From positions 768,001-832,000 of the forward strand of contig OY969100.1 in NCBI GenBank assembly GCA_963697895.1: 64,000 nucleotides of DNA, in the 5' to 3' direction. Positions 52,173 to 61,432 of the stretch are shown here, one piece after another. The notes under the pieces were generated by a model that was not told the origin of the DNA, ran no database searches, and saw nothing but the letters and a program-made list of their open reading frames with translations. The DNA is from an uncultured Methanomicrobiales archaeon (lineage in GTDB: Archaea; Halobacteriota; Methanomicrobia; Methanomicrobiales; Methanospirillaceae). The stretch's first letter is position 1; each line of letters begins with the position of its first letter. The translations under genes and the position numbers were made by a program.

Positions 52173-53355
52173 TCATTGCTCTTTGATGATCGTTCCGTTG
52201 ACAGCAGTGAGAAACCTGACACTTTCTACGGCAAAATCGACCAGCTGACTGGCATTGATCTCTGCTTCAGCCGAAAGGACATCCGGAAGTGCAGCGCTGG
52301 TGGAGGGCATATGCGGAACCGCTTTACAACTAAGGTCTCCGGTGCATTGATTGAATGTGCCGATCTTTCGTGCCAGAGCAATGATTTCGTCCTTGTCATA
52401 CGTGATAAGCGGACGGAGGACAGGAGCAGTTGAAACTGATGAGATAACACCGAGATTCGCGAGCGTCTGTGAAGCTGACCTGACCGAGGTTTTCGCCGGT
52501 GACCACAGCAAGTGCGTCGTTCCTTTCGAGGAGACGGCTTGCTGTCTGTATCATGAACCGCTTGCAGAGGATGCAGCGAAGGCGAGGGGAAACTGCGGCA
52601 ACCATCGCATCGTAGAATGGTTCGGTGTCGACTCGAAGCAGCTGCAGGGGAAACCCACGGCACCATTCAGATAATTTACGATGATTTTCAAATGCTGTCT
52701 CCCTGACATCACAACCCGCCCATCGACCACCTTCCATATGCATATGGAGAACTTCGCAACCTCGCCTCATCATGAGCCAGGAAGCAACCGGAGAATCGAT
52801 ACCTGAAGACAGAAGCGAGATCACCCTTCCCTGAGTACCCCAGGGGAGACCCCCCGGTGCCTCAATCCGGCGATCATATATGATCCCTCCAAATTCACGC
52901 GCTTCGACGAAGATCTCGTATTCGGGCTCTTTCAGGTCAACATGCAGGCCGGGGTGCCGGCTGAGGACGGCAGCTCCGATCATTCCCGCGAGCTCCTGGC
53001 TGGAAAAACCCTCAACCCCCTGCCTCCGGGCCCTTACCGCAAAGCGCATTCCCTGATGAACGTGACCATTGATCGAATCTACAGCCGCTTGCATCATCTC
53101 CTCCGGCCGGTTGGACGTCAGGATACCGACACTCACATCCACTACTCCGAAGATCCGGGATACGACTGCGGAGATCTCTTCCGGTTTATCACCGTGAATA
53201 AGAAGGCGGCCGCGATGGAGTTCAAAACGGTGTGAAAGGCCCATGCTATCGAGTGCACGGGTGATATTCCGGGTGAGCAGCCCGATAAAGTGTCTTTTTA
53301 CCGGCTCGGATTTAAGAAAAAGTTCACCATACCGGATCATCACGATCTTCTTCAC
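52173..53355 (-). CDS. thiI: tRNA 4-thiouridine synthase with +1 frameshift at ~52477 (probably sequencing error)
   Basis: RYGELFLKS, THUMP domain, SSGIDS PP-loop, CILCK, TGENLGQV / ASQTLANL...LRPL..YDKDEI. Confidence 0.92.
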
Positions 53356-53693
53356 GGACCCTCTCCTGCATCATAACTCCACCGCCGAAAATTTTTCCGT
53401 TTATATCGCATATGGCATCCTTTTGGAACCTCCCGGACACCTGCCCGGATATTTGGGGTACTCTTGGATGCGTCGCGATATAGAAATATGCCCGGCGGTT
53501 TGTTAACAAATTCCGGATGTTATGACAGCCCTCATTTGTTCCTCTGAGGGTAATCATCATGTCCATGGTGTTTTTACTGTTACCCATGCAACCCGGGTAC
53601 CGTTTCCCCCCCATAACAGAGGTTTTCGAAATCTCCCGTCTGTTGCTTCCATAACAGAAAATTCTTTAATTGCATAGCCATAAATTGTACAGA

Positions 53694-54320
53694 ATGGCAA
53701 AGAACTCGGGTAAAAAGGAACAGGAGCCATTGAAGTTATTTTATATCTTCTATAGTCAGGAGCGATGGGATAACTGGTTATGCACACTGAGAGCAGCAAA
53801 TTTTGACATAAATCCTGAAAGCGAAGAGATGCCTGAAGGATTTCGAACCCTCTACAGTTTCGGAATGGACATTACCCTGGAAGTACTGAAGATCATCAAA
53901 CTGTTCCAGAACGGAAGATTTTCGAAAGATGAGGCCCTGGAGAAGCTGAATCAGGTTGAAACGATTATTATGTCCGATGTGCCGGAGGATCTGGGCGATA
54001 TAGTTGAGGCGCTCCAGCTCTCTGTGGTGGTGCTCTTTGCATCCTGCAGGAAGTATCTCGAAGGAGGATATCAGGCAGATATCAAGATACTGGTTAAGGA
54101 GGGTCGTAAGCAGATCGGAGAAGATATGGAACAGGCACTTCAGACAGGTGCCACTATCGGGGCTAACGTAATTAATGGAACCGCCTGTTGCGGAAAATAC
54201 GTGAAGGATGATCTCACGGATCCAACGCTCTTTGATGAATGGCTGATCGAGATCGAGACGATGCACGAGGCGATGGGATCGCTGAAAAACTTTGATGAAG
54301 AAGCCGGAGAAACAACGTGA
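53694..54320 (+). CDS. DUF2150-like conserved archaeal protein
   Basis: FYSQERWDNW motif. Confidence 0.75.
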   Translation: MAKNSGKKEQEPLKLFYIFYSQERWDNWLCTLRAANFDINPESEEMPEGFRTLYSFGMDITLEVLKIIKLFQNGRFSKDEALEKLNQVETIIMSDVPEDLGDIVEALQLSVVVLFASCRKYLEGGYQADIKILVKEGRKQIGEDMEQALQTGATIGANVINGTACCGKYVKDDLTDPTLFDEWLIEIETMHEAMGSLKNFDEEAGETT

Positions 54321-54769
54321 TCGCGGAAAGGGCCCGGTTCAGGGGGGCCAGAAAACTTGAGCGATTCGTTGGATACCGGTTACCGGATGCCATATTTTCC
54401 GGTCCGGTTCTTGAGGCGCTTTCGGGAAAATTTGACTTTAACTTGTTTGATGAGACCGTCCGTACGCAGATCCTTAATTTTTTCCACGATTTTCTTCGGT
54501 GCGGGTGCAGGGACAATCCTCTGTGCGGGTGTCCGGAACGAAAATTTGCTGTCATGGTTATAGATTTACGCGAAAATGGCCTCGATCACAGACAGATATC
54601 CGCGTATCTCCTTGAGGAATATGGTATCGACATATACCCTGCTGACATTTTGAGCTTCCTCGAAGATGCGGTACATGAACTGGAGGCAATCCGTGACGTA
54701 TCGGGGCTTCAGGGCCGGACTGACCTCTCCACCGATGCGGCTGAGCATATCGCACTCATTTCGCGCTGA
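54317..54769 (+). CDS. DUF5814-like protein
   Basis: FLRCGCRDNPLCGCPERK...YGIDIYPADILSFLE; GTGA overlap with upstream gene. Confidence 0.7.
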   Translation: MIAERARFRGARKLERFVGYRLPDAIFSGPVLEALSGKFDFNLFDETVRTQILNFFHDFLRCGCRDNPLCGCPERKFAVMVIDLRENGLDHRQISAYLLEEYGIDIYPADILSFLEDAVHELEAIRDVSGLQGRTDLSTDAAEHIALISR

Positions 54770-54896
54770 CTTCGTTAACTGCTCAATTTTTTTGATTTTT
54801 CATTATACACTCATATTCCTATACGGGGAATTCCAACCGGTGGGGGATGGTCACCTCTATACCTTTAACCTCCAATATTCTTGTGTGAGGCTTGGT

Positions 54897-55304
54897 ATGA
54901 GAAAAGAACTTCTCATCGATTGGAAGCATGGGAGGAGCACCCGGGTGACCTGTATCATATGCTCCGACACCGGAAAAACCCTGCAAACCCTCCTCCAAGA
55001 GATTATCCCGGTATTAGAGCAGGATGGGATCCGCGTCCGGATCGTCGACACGGATCTCCCGGGAGATGATTCAGAAGATACTATTCTCCTGAACGGTACA
55101 CCCCTCGAAGAGCTTATCAATAAAGCCGGGAGTGGCCAGAACTATTGTCGATCTACAAAATGCATGATGATGCAGGAAGAGTATCCCTGTATTTCAGAGA
55201 CTGATCAGGCGATCCGTGAGGAGGCCCCCGAAATCCTCTTCAGGAAAGCGATGCTGCTCGCGCTCGAGGAGGATCAGGAGATTGATGCCCCCTCTTTTCA
55301 TTGA
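54897..55304 (+). CDS. DUF2703-like thioredoxin-fold protein
   Basis: W...TCIICSDTG, ILLNGTPLEE. Confidence 0.72.
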   Translation: MRKELLIDWKHGRSTRVTCIICSDTGKTLQTLLQEIIPVLEQDGIRVRIVDTDLPGDDSEDTILLNGTPLEELINKAGSGQNYCRSTKCMMMQEEYPCISETDQAIREEAPEILFRKAMLLALEEDQEIDAPSFH

Positions 55305-55489
55305 AGGCATTTCCATGAATTAATTCCCCCCATAACCGGATTTCAGACAATTAAGAGAAGGAAAACAATACGGATATTCCGCCTGACACAGATAGATGGC
55401 CCCCGAGAAGGATCCATCACCGCCTGTCAGATTTTACGGACCAATTTTTTTTCCGAAATTTTTATTAAACGGGAGATATTCCTGTAATT

Positions 55490-56047
55490 ATGGAAAAAAA
55501 CAAACAGTATATAATCTTTTTTGTTATTATCGGTTTCCTGCTTATCCTCGCATTTATTCTTGTCACCGCACCATCTTCGTTCGCGCTCAATGCAACACCG
55601 GCGACACCGAAAGAGGCCTGGCAATCGATACCGTTTACAGATGTAAAAACGGGAAATTCGCAAACATTGAAGGATTTGTTGGGAAAACCCGTGATAGTCC
55701 AGGCATTTATCGTGACCTGTCCCATCTGCACCCGGCAGCAGGAAGAGATCAACCGGCTCCAGGAGGAACAGGGCATGAAATCCTTCACGTTCGTCGCACT
55801 GGACATCGACCCTTCCGAACGGGAGGAGGCCATCCGGGCTCACGTAGAGAGAAACGGGTTCACCGGCATATACGCAGCCTCACCCCCGGACCTGACCAGG
55901 GCGCTCTACGATGAATTCGGCCCGGACATCATAACTCCCTCCTCTGCTCCGGTAATACTGCTCTGCCCCGGCGGGCAGAAAACAAAGCTTCCCACGGGGA
56001 TAAAATCGGCCACATTCCTGAAGGAAGCTTTGGAGACGACCTGCTGA
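55490..56047 (+). CDS. Membrane-anchored TlpA/redoxin-family protein
   Basis: N-terminal TM; TLKDLLGKPV...CPIC active site. Confidence 0.85.
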   Translation: MEKNKQYIIFFVIIGFLLILAFILVTAPSSFALNATPATPKEAWQSIPFTDVKTGNSQTLKDLLGKPVIVQAFIVTCPICTRQQEEINRLQEEQGMKSFTFVALDIDPSEREEAIRAHVERNGFTGIYAASPPDLTRALYDEFGPDIITPSSAPVILLCPGGQKTKLPTGIKSATFLKEALETTC

Positions 56048-56048
56048 T

Positions 56049-56720
56049 ATGGATGTTGTGACCAGCTGGTGGATCTCTTTCCTTGCAGGAGTGTTCACTC
56101 CTCTGGGGGCGGTATGCGTCCTTCCGCTCTACCCGGGATTTATCGCGCATCTTGCAGGTCAGCTCCAGGGGAACCCTTCGCGAAGAACCATTCTCCTGCT
56201 CGGATGTCTTGTTGCGGTCGGAATGGTCGGGTCGATGCTGCTCACCGGGTTCGTATTCATCTCCATTCTGCAGTTCTCCCTCTCTGATGCGATCCGGATA
56301 CTGTCTCCCATCGTATTCATCCTGCTTGCGGGAATCAGCATTTTTCTTATCGCGGGAAAAGATCCAGGGAAATACGTACCGTCCAACTGCCTTCCTGAGA
56401 TACGTTCACCAATTTTAACCGCGTTCGTATTCGGTTTCTTCTTTGGTATTCTTGCTCTTCCATGTAATCCAGGACCTATAATCGTGCTTTTCGCGCTCAG
56501 TGTAAACAGTTTCAGTTTCATGATAAACCTGGTAAACTTTATCCTGTTCGGGATCGGTATGGCACTACCCCTGATTTTGATTTCGGTCATCACTGCCAGC
56601 CGAAGCGATCAGATAATACGCTTTTTCACGGAGAACCGCAGGATTATACAGAGAATTGCGGGAATCCTCATGCTCGTGATTGCTCTCTACTATCTGGGCT
56701 ACATATTCGGCATTTTTTGA
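56049..56720 (+). CDS. CcdA/DsbD-beta family disulfide transporter
   Basis: CVLPLYP and PCNPGP conserved Cys-Pro motifs, six TMs. Confidence 0.88.
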   Translation: MDVVTSWWISFLAGVFTPLGAVCVLPLYPGFIAHLAGQLQGNPSRRTILLLGCLVAVGMVGSMLLTGFVFISILQFSLSDAIRILSPIVFILLAGISIFLIAGKDPGKYVPSNCLPEIRSPILTAFVFGFFFGILALPCNPGPIIVLFALSVNSFSFMINLVNFILFGIGMALPLILISVITASRSDQIIRFFTENRRIIQRIAGILMLVIALYYLGYIFGIF

Positions 56721-56960
56721 GTATGGTAGAAGTGCCGTTTATCGATCGCCTGTTCCCGCATTTTCTTTAGAGAAGTTATCATATCAGATTATATTCCGGG
56801 GGCGGCTTGATATTCGCCCCTATAGCCTCGAAATGAGTGAATTTGCAGGGATATTATGGAAATCCCTCCTAAACTACCTCTCGTCACCCCGAATTCCCGG
56901 CATCGGTATTATTCAAATACTTCCGCCAACAACCCCTCCTATCAAGGAATTTGAGGTACC

Positions 56961-57695
56961 ATGAATAAATTGCTGATCATCTCTACCCTTCTGATAGCCA
57001 TCATATGCTGTACAGGCTGTACAACTCCCATTCCTCCCATCCCGAACCCTTGCATCGATGGTTCCGGAAAGATCGTGACCGAAAACCGATCCATGGGAGA
57101 TTTTACCCGGATTGACATGGCCGTCCCGGCAATACTTACCGTCCGGCAGGGAGCGAGCCCCTCCCTGATAATCGAGGGCGATGACAACCTCCTCCCGCTC
57201 ATTGTCACAAATGTTCAGAATGGAGACCTTATAATCAGCTATTCCCGGCCCTGCATGAGACCGTCATCACCTATTCTGATCCAGGCGACCATGCAGGATA
57301 TCCAGGGTCTGACCCTTCTCGGCAGTGGTGAGATCGACAGCTCCGGGATCCTTTCTGTAGATCATCTAGACACCCAGCTCGTGGGTTCGGGCACGATGGA
57401 CCTTTCGGTGAATGCCACTACGCTGAACTCAACGATTACCGGTTCGGGAAATGAGCAACTCAATGGAAAGGCGGCAACCCATCAGATCCGTATCCCGGGT
57501 TCGGGGAGTGTACATGCCTTTGGACTGAACACGGATTCCACCCGCATCGAGATTATCGGTTCAGGAAATGCGGATGTAAATGCAAATTCTGCACTCATCA
57601 TTCAGATCACCGGATCCGGTTCCGTTCAGTATACGGGCAGTGTATCCGATATCCAGCATAGTATCACTGGATCGGGAAGCGTAAAGAGGGTATAA
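56961..57695 (+). CDS. DUF2807/GIN-domain lipoprotein
   Basis: Lipobox-like CCTGC; GSGKIVTENR, EGDDNLL, repeated GSG beta-helix units. Confidence 0.85.
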   Translation: MNKLLIISTLLIAIICCTGCTTPIPPIPNPCIDGSGKIVTENRSMGDFTRIDMAVPAILTVRQGASPSLIIEGDDNLLPLIVTNVQNGDLIISYSRPCMRPSSPILIQATMQDIQGLTLLGSGEIDSSGILSVDHLDTQLVGSGTMDLSVNATTLNSTITGSGNEQLNGKAATHQIRIPGSGSVHAFGLNTDSTRIEIIGSGNADVNANSALIIQITGSGSVQYTGSVSDIQHSITGSGSVKRV

Positions 57696-57796
57696 CCGGA
57701 ATTAAGAGGTGAGAACAATATCAGCCTCTTCTTTAAACAAAATCCGGTTCGGGCGGCGTAGGAAAGAGATCAACTTTTTAGAAATGAGATTGACAG

Positions 57797-57881
57797 TGCG
57801 AGGGATGGGATTCGAACCCATGGACACCTTCGTGACTGGATCTTAAGTCCAGCGCCGTTGGCCTGGCTTGGCTACCCTCGC
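57797..57881 (-). tRNA. tRNA-Leu(TAA)
   Basis: Minus strand: acceptor GCGAGGG/CCCTCGC, anticodon arm CTGGA-CTTAAGA-TCCAG, long variable arm, GGTTCGAATCC. Confidence 0.95.
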
Positions 57882-58072
57882 TCCTTCACCCATACCAGTT
57901 CTGCCTGATCCCTTAAAAGGTGACCGAGTCGGGGCGTTATCCATGGGCACTGCTTCAGGGCCCGGTTCGTGTACGTATATGAATTCAGATCATGACTGAA
58001 AGAGGCAGGTAAGAAATGGATTGGAAATGCAAAAACGGGCGGAGTGAGAAAATAAGACTAAAGTATGTCCCG

Positions 58073-58543
58073 TTATCCCACCGGCGCAAGGATCTCTGTC
58101 AGTACATCCTCAGGAGGCACCGAGCGTGGATCATTTAGATATAATTCGCGGATAGGTCCAGTGACAGGTATATTATGTTGCGCCAACCAGTCGAAAAGGC
58201 GGTGATAAGTCGGCTCGCAGGCAGTGTACGGCCCCTGATGGACAATGCGGGCCATCCTCCCTCCTGGCAAAATGTAGCGGGAGATATCCCCCGAACCGGG
58301 AACATCGCCGCGAATCGGCCACGCGACCTCAACATCTGCGATGCCGGTGTTTACTGCCCGTTTTGTCTCTTTAGTTCCTTCGTCATGCAATATTAAAAGG
58401 GGAGGCCCACACGGTTCGATCTTCTGATGAATAATATGCGCGATCAATTCGGGGAGCATAACCGCGATCTGATCGTTTGTACCTTTCTTCCGCATCCCCA
58501 AAACAGTCTGAGGCGGCACATCAATGATCGTTATCTCATCCAT
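58073..58543 (-). CDS. GyrI-like small-molecule-binding protein
   Basis: LPGGRMARIVHQGPY...RELYLNDP...TEILAPV. Confidence 0.88.
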   Translation of the reverse strand: MDEITIIDVPPQTVLGMRKKGTNDQIAVMLPELIAHIIHQKIEPCGPPLLILHDEGTKETKRAVNTGIADVEVAWPIRGDVPGSGDISRYILPGGRMARIVHQGPYTACEPTYHRLFDWLAQHNIPVTGPIRELYLNDPRSVPPEDVLTEILAPVG

Positions 58544-58806
58544 GGTCTTTAGTTCAATCTGTGACCATGTGCTTTTATAGGTTATCTCAAACCATTGCCC
58601 GATGGGATGCATCCATTCCCGGATATTCCGATTTTATTCCGCTTCAGGAAATTAGCCCCCGGAGGCAGAAAATCAGCGCCCCTACAGACAGACCAGCGGT
58701 ATATCCGGAAAACGTATGAGCATGACGAACCCACATTAAGGGGAATTCAGATGCTTATTCCGCTGGACTACCCGATAAGCGTTATTCCTCCAAGGTTTGA
58801 CAATGT

Positions 58807-59868
58807 ATGTTCAAAGGATCTGGCGACGGCGGGTTGCCGAACCAGTTCAGTCAGGGGGTATTGCCGATAGCCTTCCTGGTACATGGCTGGGTTGAACTCG
58901 ACGGCCGTCAGCTTTCCCCGGGAGAGATCTCGGATATCATCAGGTTTCGTCCTTCTGATATCTCACGGTTTGGTGGCGAATTCGCTCTCTCATGGGAGAA
59001 TTGCCATGCGCGGGACTGCTTCGGAATCATGCCGGGAGCGACCCCGAAAGGTTCGGTTGTCTGCGGAGGCACAATCCGCACCGTGATCCATCCCTCTCCC
59101 CCTCATATGACTCTCGAACAGGCGATCGTCGAGTCGGTTCATCTGCGGAGCGATGAAGGTGTGACCGCCCTCTCCGGCGGAATAGACTCCGCGCTGGTAG
59201 CCCACCTTGCCGGCCTGCCCTGCGTCGCGATCGGAACGAAAGATTCCCACGATCTCAAACGGGCAGCATTGGCTGCGGACGCTATGGGCCTGTCATGTGA
59301 TCTCGTGACGCTCACTCCTGGAGTGATAGAAGAGGCGTTAATCTCAGTCCTTGGCGTGATTGCGGATAGAAACCCGGTAGATGCGTCGATTGCAGCCGCG
59401 GAGTACTGCATAGCCGAATGGGCATCCGCACAGGGGCACCGGCGGATTCTCACCGGACAGGGAGCGGATGAACTTTTCGGGGGGTATGCACGATATCTCT
59501 TGAGTCCTGATCTCGGTGCGGAGCTTGAACGCGATTTCCTTGGCCTGGAACGCCAGGCGGTCCGCGACCAGGCGGTTGCTGCGTTGCACAGGGCATATTT
59601 CTCCCTTCCGTACCTCGACATCCGGGTGGTGCGCGCTGCACAGGCGATACCCGCAGAACGGAAAGTGCATGACGGGGTTCGTAAGTGGCCGCTCCGGAGC
59701 ATTGCAGAACGGCATATCCCGCAGGAAATCGCCTGGCATGATAAAAAAGCGATGCAGTACGGGAGCGGGGTCCACAAGACTATCGCGGATCTTGCACGTC
59801 AAAACGGTTATAAAAGGTCGGTACAAGGGTACATAAACGAGATCAGTGGGCGAGAACATGGTAACTGA
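58807..59868 (+). CDS. Short asparagine synthetase-like protein (start uncertain)
   Basis: ARDCFGIMP, LSGGIDS, TGQGADELFGGY, PYLD, KKAMQYGSG. Confidence 0.85.
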   Translation: MFKGSGDGGLPNQFSQGVLPIAFLVHGWVELDGRQLSPGEISDIIRFRPSDISRFGGEFALSWENCHARDCFGIMPGATPKGSVVCGGTIRTVIHPSPPHMTLEQAIVESVHLRSDEGVTALSGGIDSALVAHLAGLPCVAIGTKDSHDLKRAALAADAMGLSCDLVTLTPGVIEEALISVLGVIADRNPVDASIAAAEYCIAEWASAQGHRRILTGQGADELFGGYARYLLSPDLGAELERDFLGLERQAVRDQAVAALHRAYFSLPYLDIRVVRAAQAIPAERKVHDGVRKWPLRSIAERHIPQEIAWHDKKAMQYGSGVHKTIADLARQNGYKRSVQGYINEISGREHGN

Positions 59869-60127
59869 GCGGGAAATTGAACATATCTCAGAATTGGCCG
59901 ATATCGGTTTGAACAAGGAAGAACTTGGTGCCTTTACTGACCAGTTCAATGTGATTCTCGAATATTTTGATATACTCGACCAGGTGCCTGCATGCCCGGT
60001 GGCCAGCCCTGAAATCCATACAATCCTCCGGGAAGATGAGTTCACTCCTTCACTGGCGGTACCGGAAGTATTATCGAATGCGGCCGAGAATGAGGACGGG
60101 TTCTTCAAGGCGCCCCGGGTGATGTGA
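59858..60127 (+). CDS. gatC: Asp/Glu-tRNA amidotransferase subunit C
   Basis: EHISELA, LRED, GFFKAPRVM. Confidence 0.93.
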   Translation: MVTEREIEHISELADIGLNKEELGAFTDQFNVILEYFDILDQVPACPVASPEIHTILREDEFTPSLAVPEVLSNAAENEDGFFKAPRVM

Positions 60128-61432
60128 TGGACGGACAGGTACAGAAATTTCACCAGGACGACCCGTTCAATGCCTTTATCCACATCTGCCGTTCAGACTT
60201 CCTTCGGAGATGGGCCCTTGTCCGGTTTACCGGTCGCGGTGAAGGATAACATTTCGACGTCCGGGATCCAGACGACCTGTGGCTCGCGAATCCTGGAGGG
60301 ATATATCCCACCATACGATGCGCATGTCGTCACCCTTCTGAAAGGGGCCGGGGCAGCGATCATCGGCAAAACCAACATGGATGAGTTCGGAATGGGCTCC
60401 ACTACCGAGAACAGTGGATATGGCACGACGAAAAATCCTCACGATATCGCTCGTGTTCCGGGAGGGTCTTCGGGGGGTAGCGCGGCGGCCATCGCCTCCG
60501 GTATGGTGACGATGGCACTTGGTACAGATACGGGCGGCTCCATCCGGTGTCCGGCAGCATTTTGTGGCATCGTCGGTCTCAAACCCACTTATGGAAGGGT
60601 TTCCCGGTATGGGCTGATTGCTTATGCCAATTCACTCGAACAAATTGGCCCGATGGCAAGAAACGTCACCGATGTCTCCCGGCTCATGATGGTTCTCAGT
60701 GAATACGATCCACGTGACTCCACAAGCTTCAATCGTCCTTACCGCCACGTTCCCCGTGATTCTGTCCGGGGCCTCCGGATCGGGGTTCCGGAAGAATATT
60801 TCGGTGAAGGAGTGGATCCAAAAGTCGCATCAGTCACCTGGGATGCGATCCAGCGGCTCGAAGGGCTCGGTGCAGACGTGATCGCCTGTACGATGCCGAG
60901 TATGGCATATGCGCTCGCCGCGTATTATGTGACCTGTACAAGTGAGGCAAGCTCCAATCTCGCCCGCTTCGACGGGATTAGGTACGGGCCGGGCTTGGAC
61001 ACGCGGAAGACCTGGCATGAGGCGTTCCAGGAACATCGACGGACATACTTTGGGGAAGAGGTCAGGAGAAGGATCCTGCTCGGAACATTCGCACTCTCGT
61101 CAGGATACTACGGAAAGTACTATGCGAAGGCACAGGCAGCACGCCAGATGGTGAAGGAGGACTTCGCACGCCTCTTCCGGGAGGTCGACCTGATTGCAGG
61201 TCCGACCATGCCGAACATCGCCTTCCTGCTTGGGGAGAAGAATGATCCACTTTCAATGTATCTCGCGGATATCCTGACCGTCCCGGCAAATCTTGCAGGG
61301 ATCCCTGCCATTTCTATACCCTGCGGAAGAGTAAACAACATGCCTGTCGGCCTCCAGCTGATGGGGAGGGCGTTTGAAGATGAAACCGTCATAGACGCCG
61401 CCTTCGCGTTCGAGCAGGAGGGTTCTTCATGA
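60127..61432 (+). CDS. gatA: Asp/Glu-tRNA amidotransferase subunit A, probable +1 frameshift at ~60197
   Basis: ATG 60127 overlapping the gatC stop gives MDGQVQKFHQDDPFNAFIHIC; main frame has VKDN, GGSSGGSAAA, DTGGSIRCPA. Confidence 0.93.

Noticed and set aside
57953-57969. Resemblance to the 3' end of tRNA-Lys (possible att site)
   Set aside because: Short gapped match; the intervening DNA is core genes and no integrase is present.
58544-58612. Possible MerR HTH remnant (MHPIGQWFEIT) upstream of the GyrI-like domain
   Set aside because: Only a few residues of similarity; stand-alone GyrI-like proteins are common.
12544-60199. A shared programmed +1 frameshifting or RNA-editing system across rpl12, polB, fdhC, thiI and gatA
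   Set aside because: No slippery sites, hungry stop codons or shared RNA structure. The common feature is a DNA palindrome, which points to sequencing error. Reconsider only if resequencing confirms the bases.
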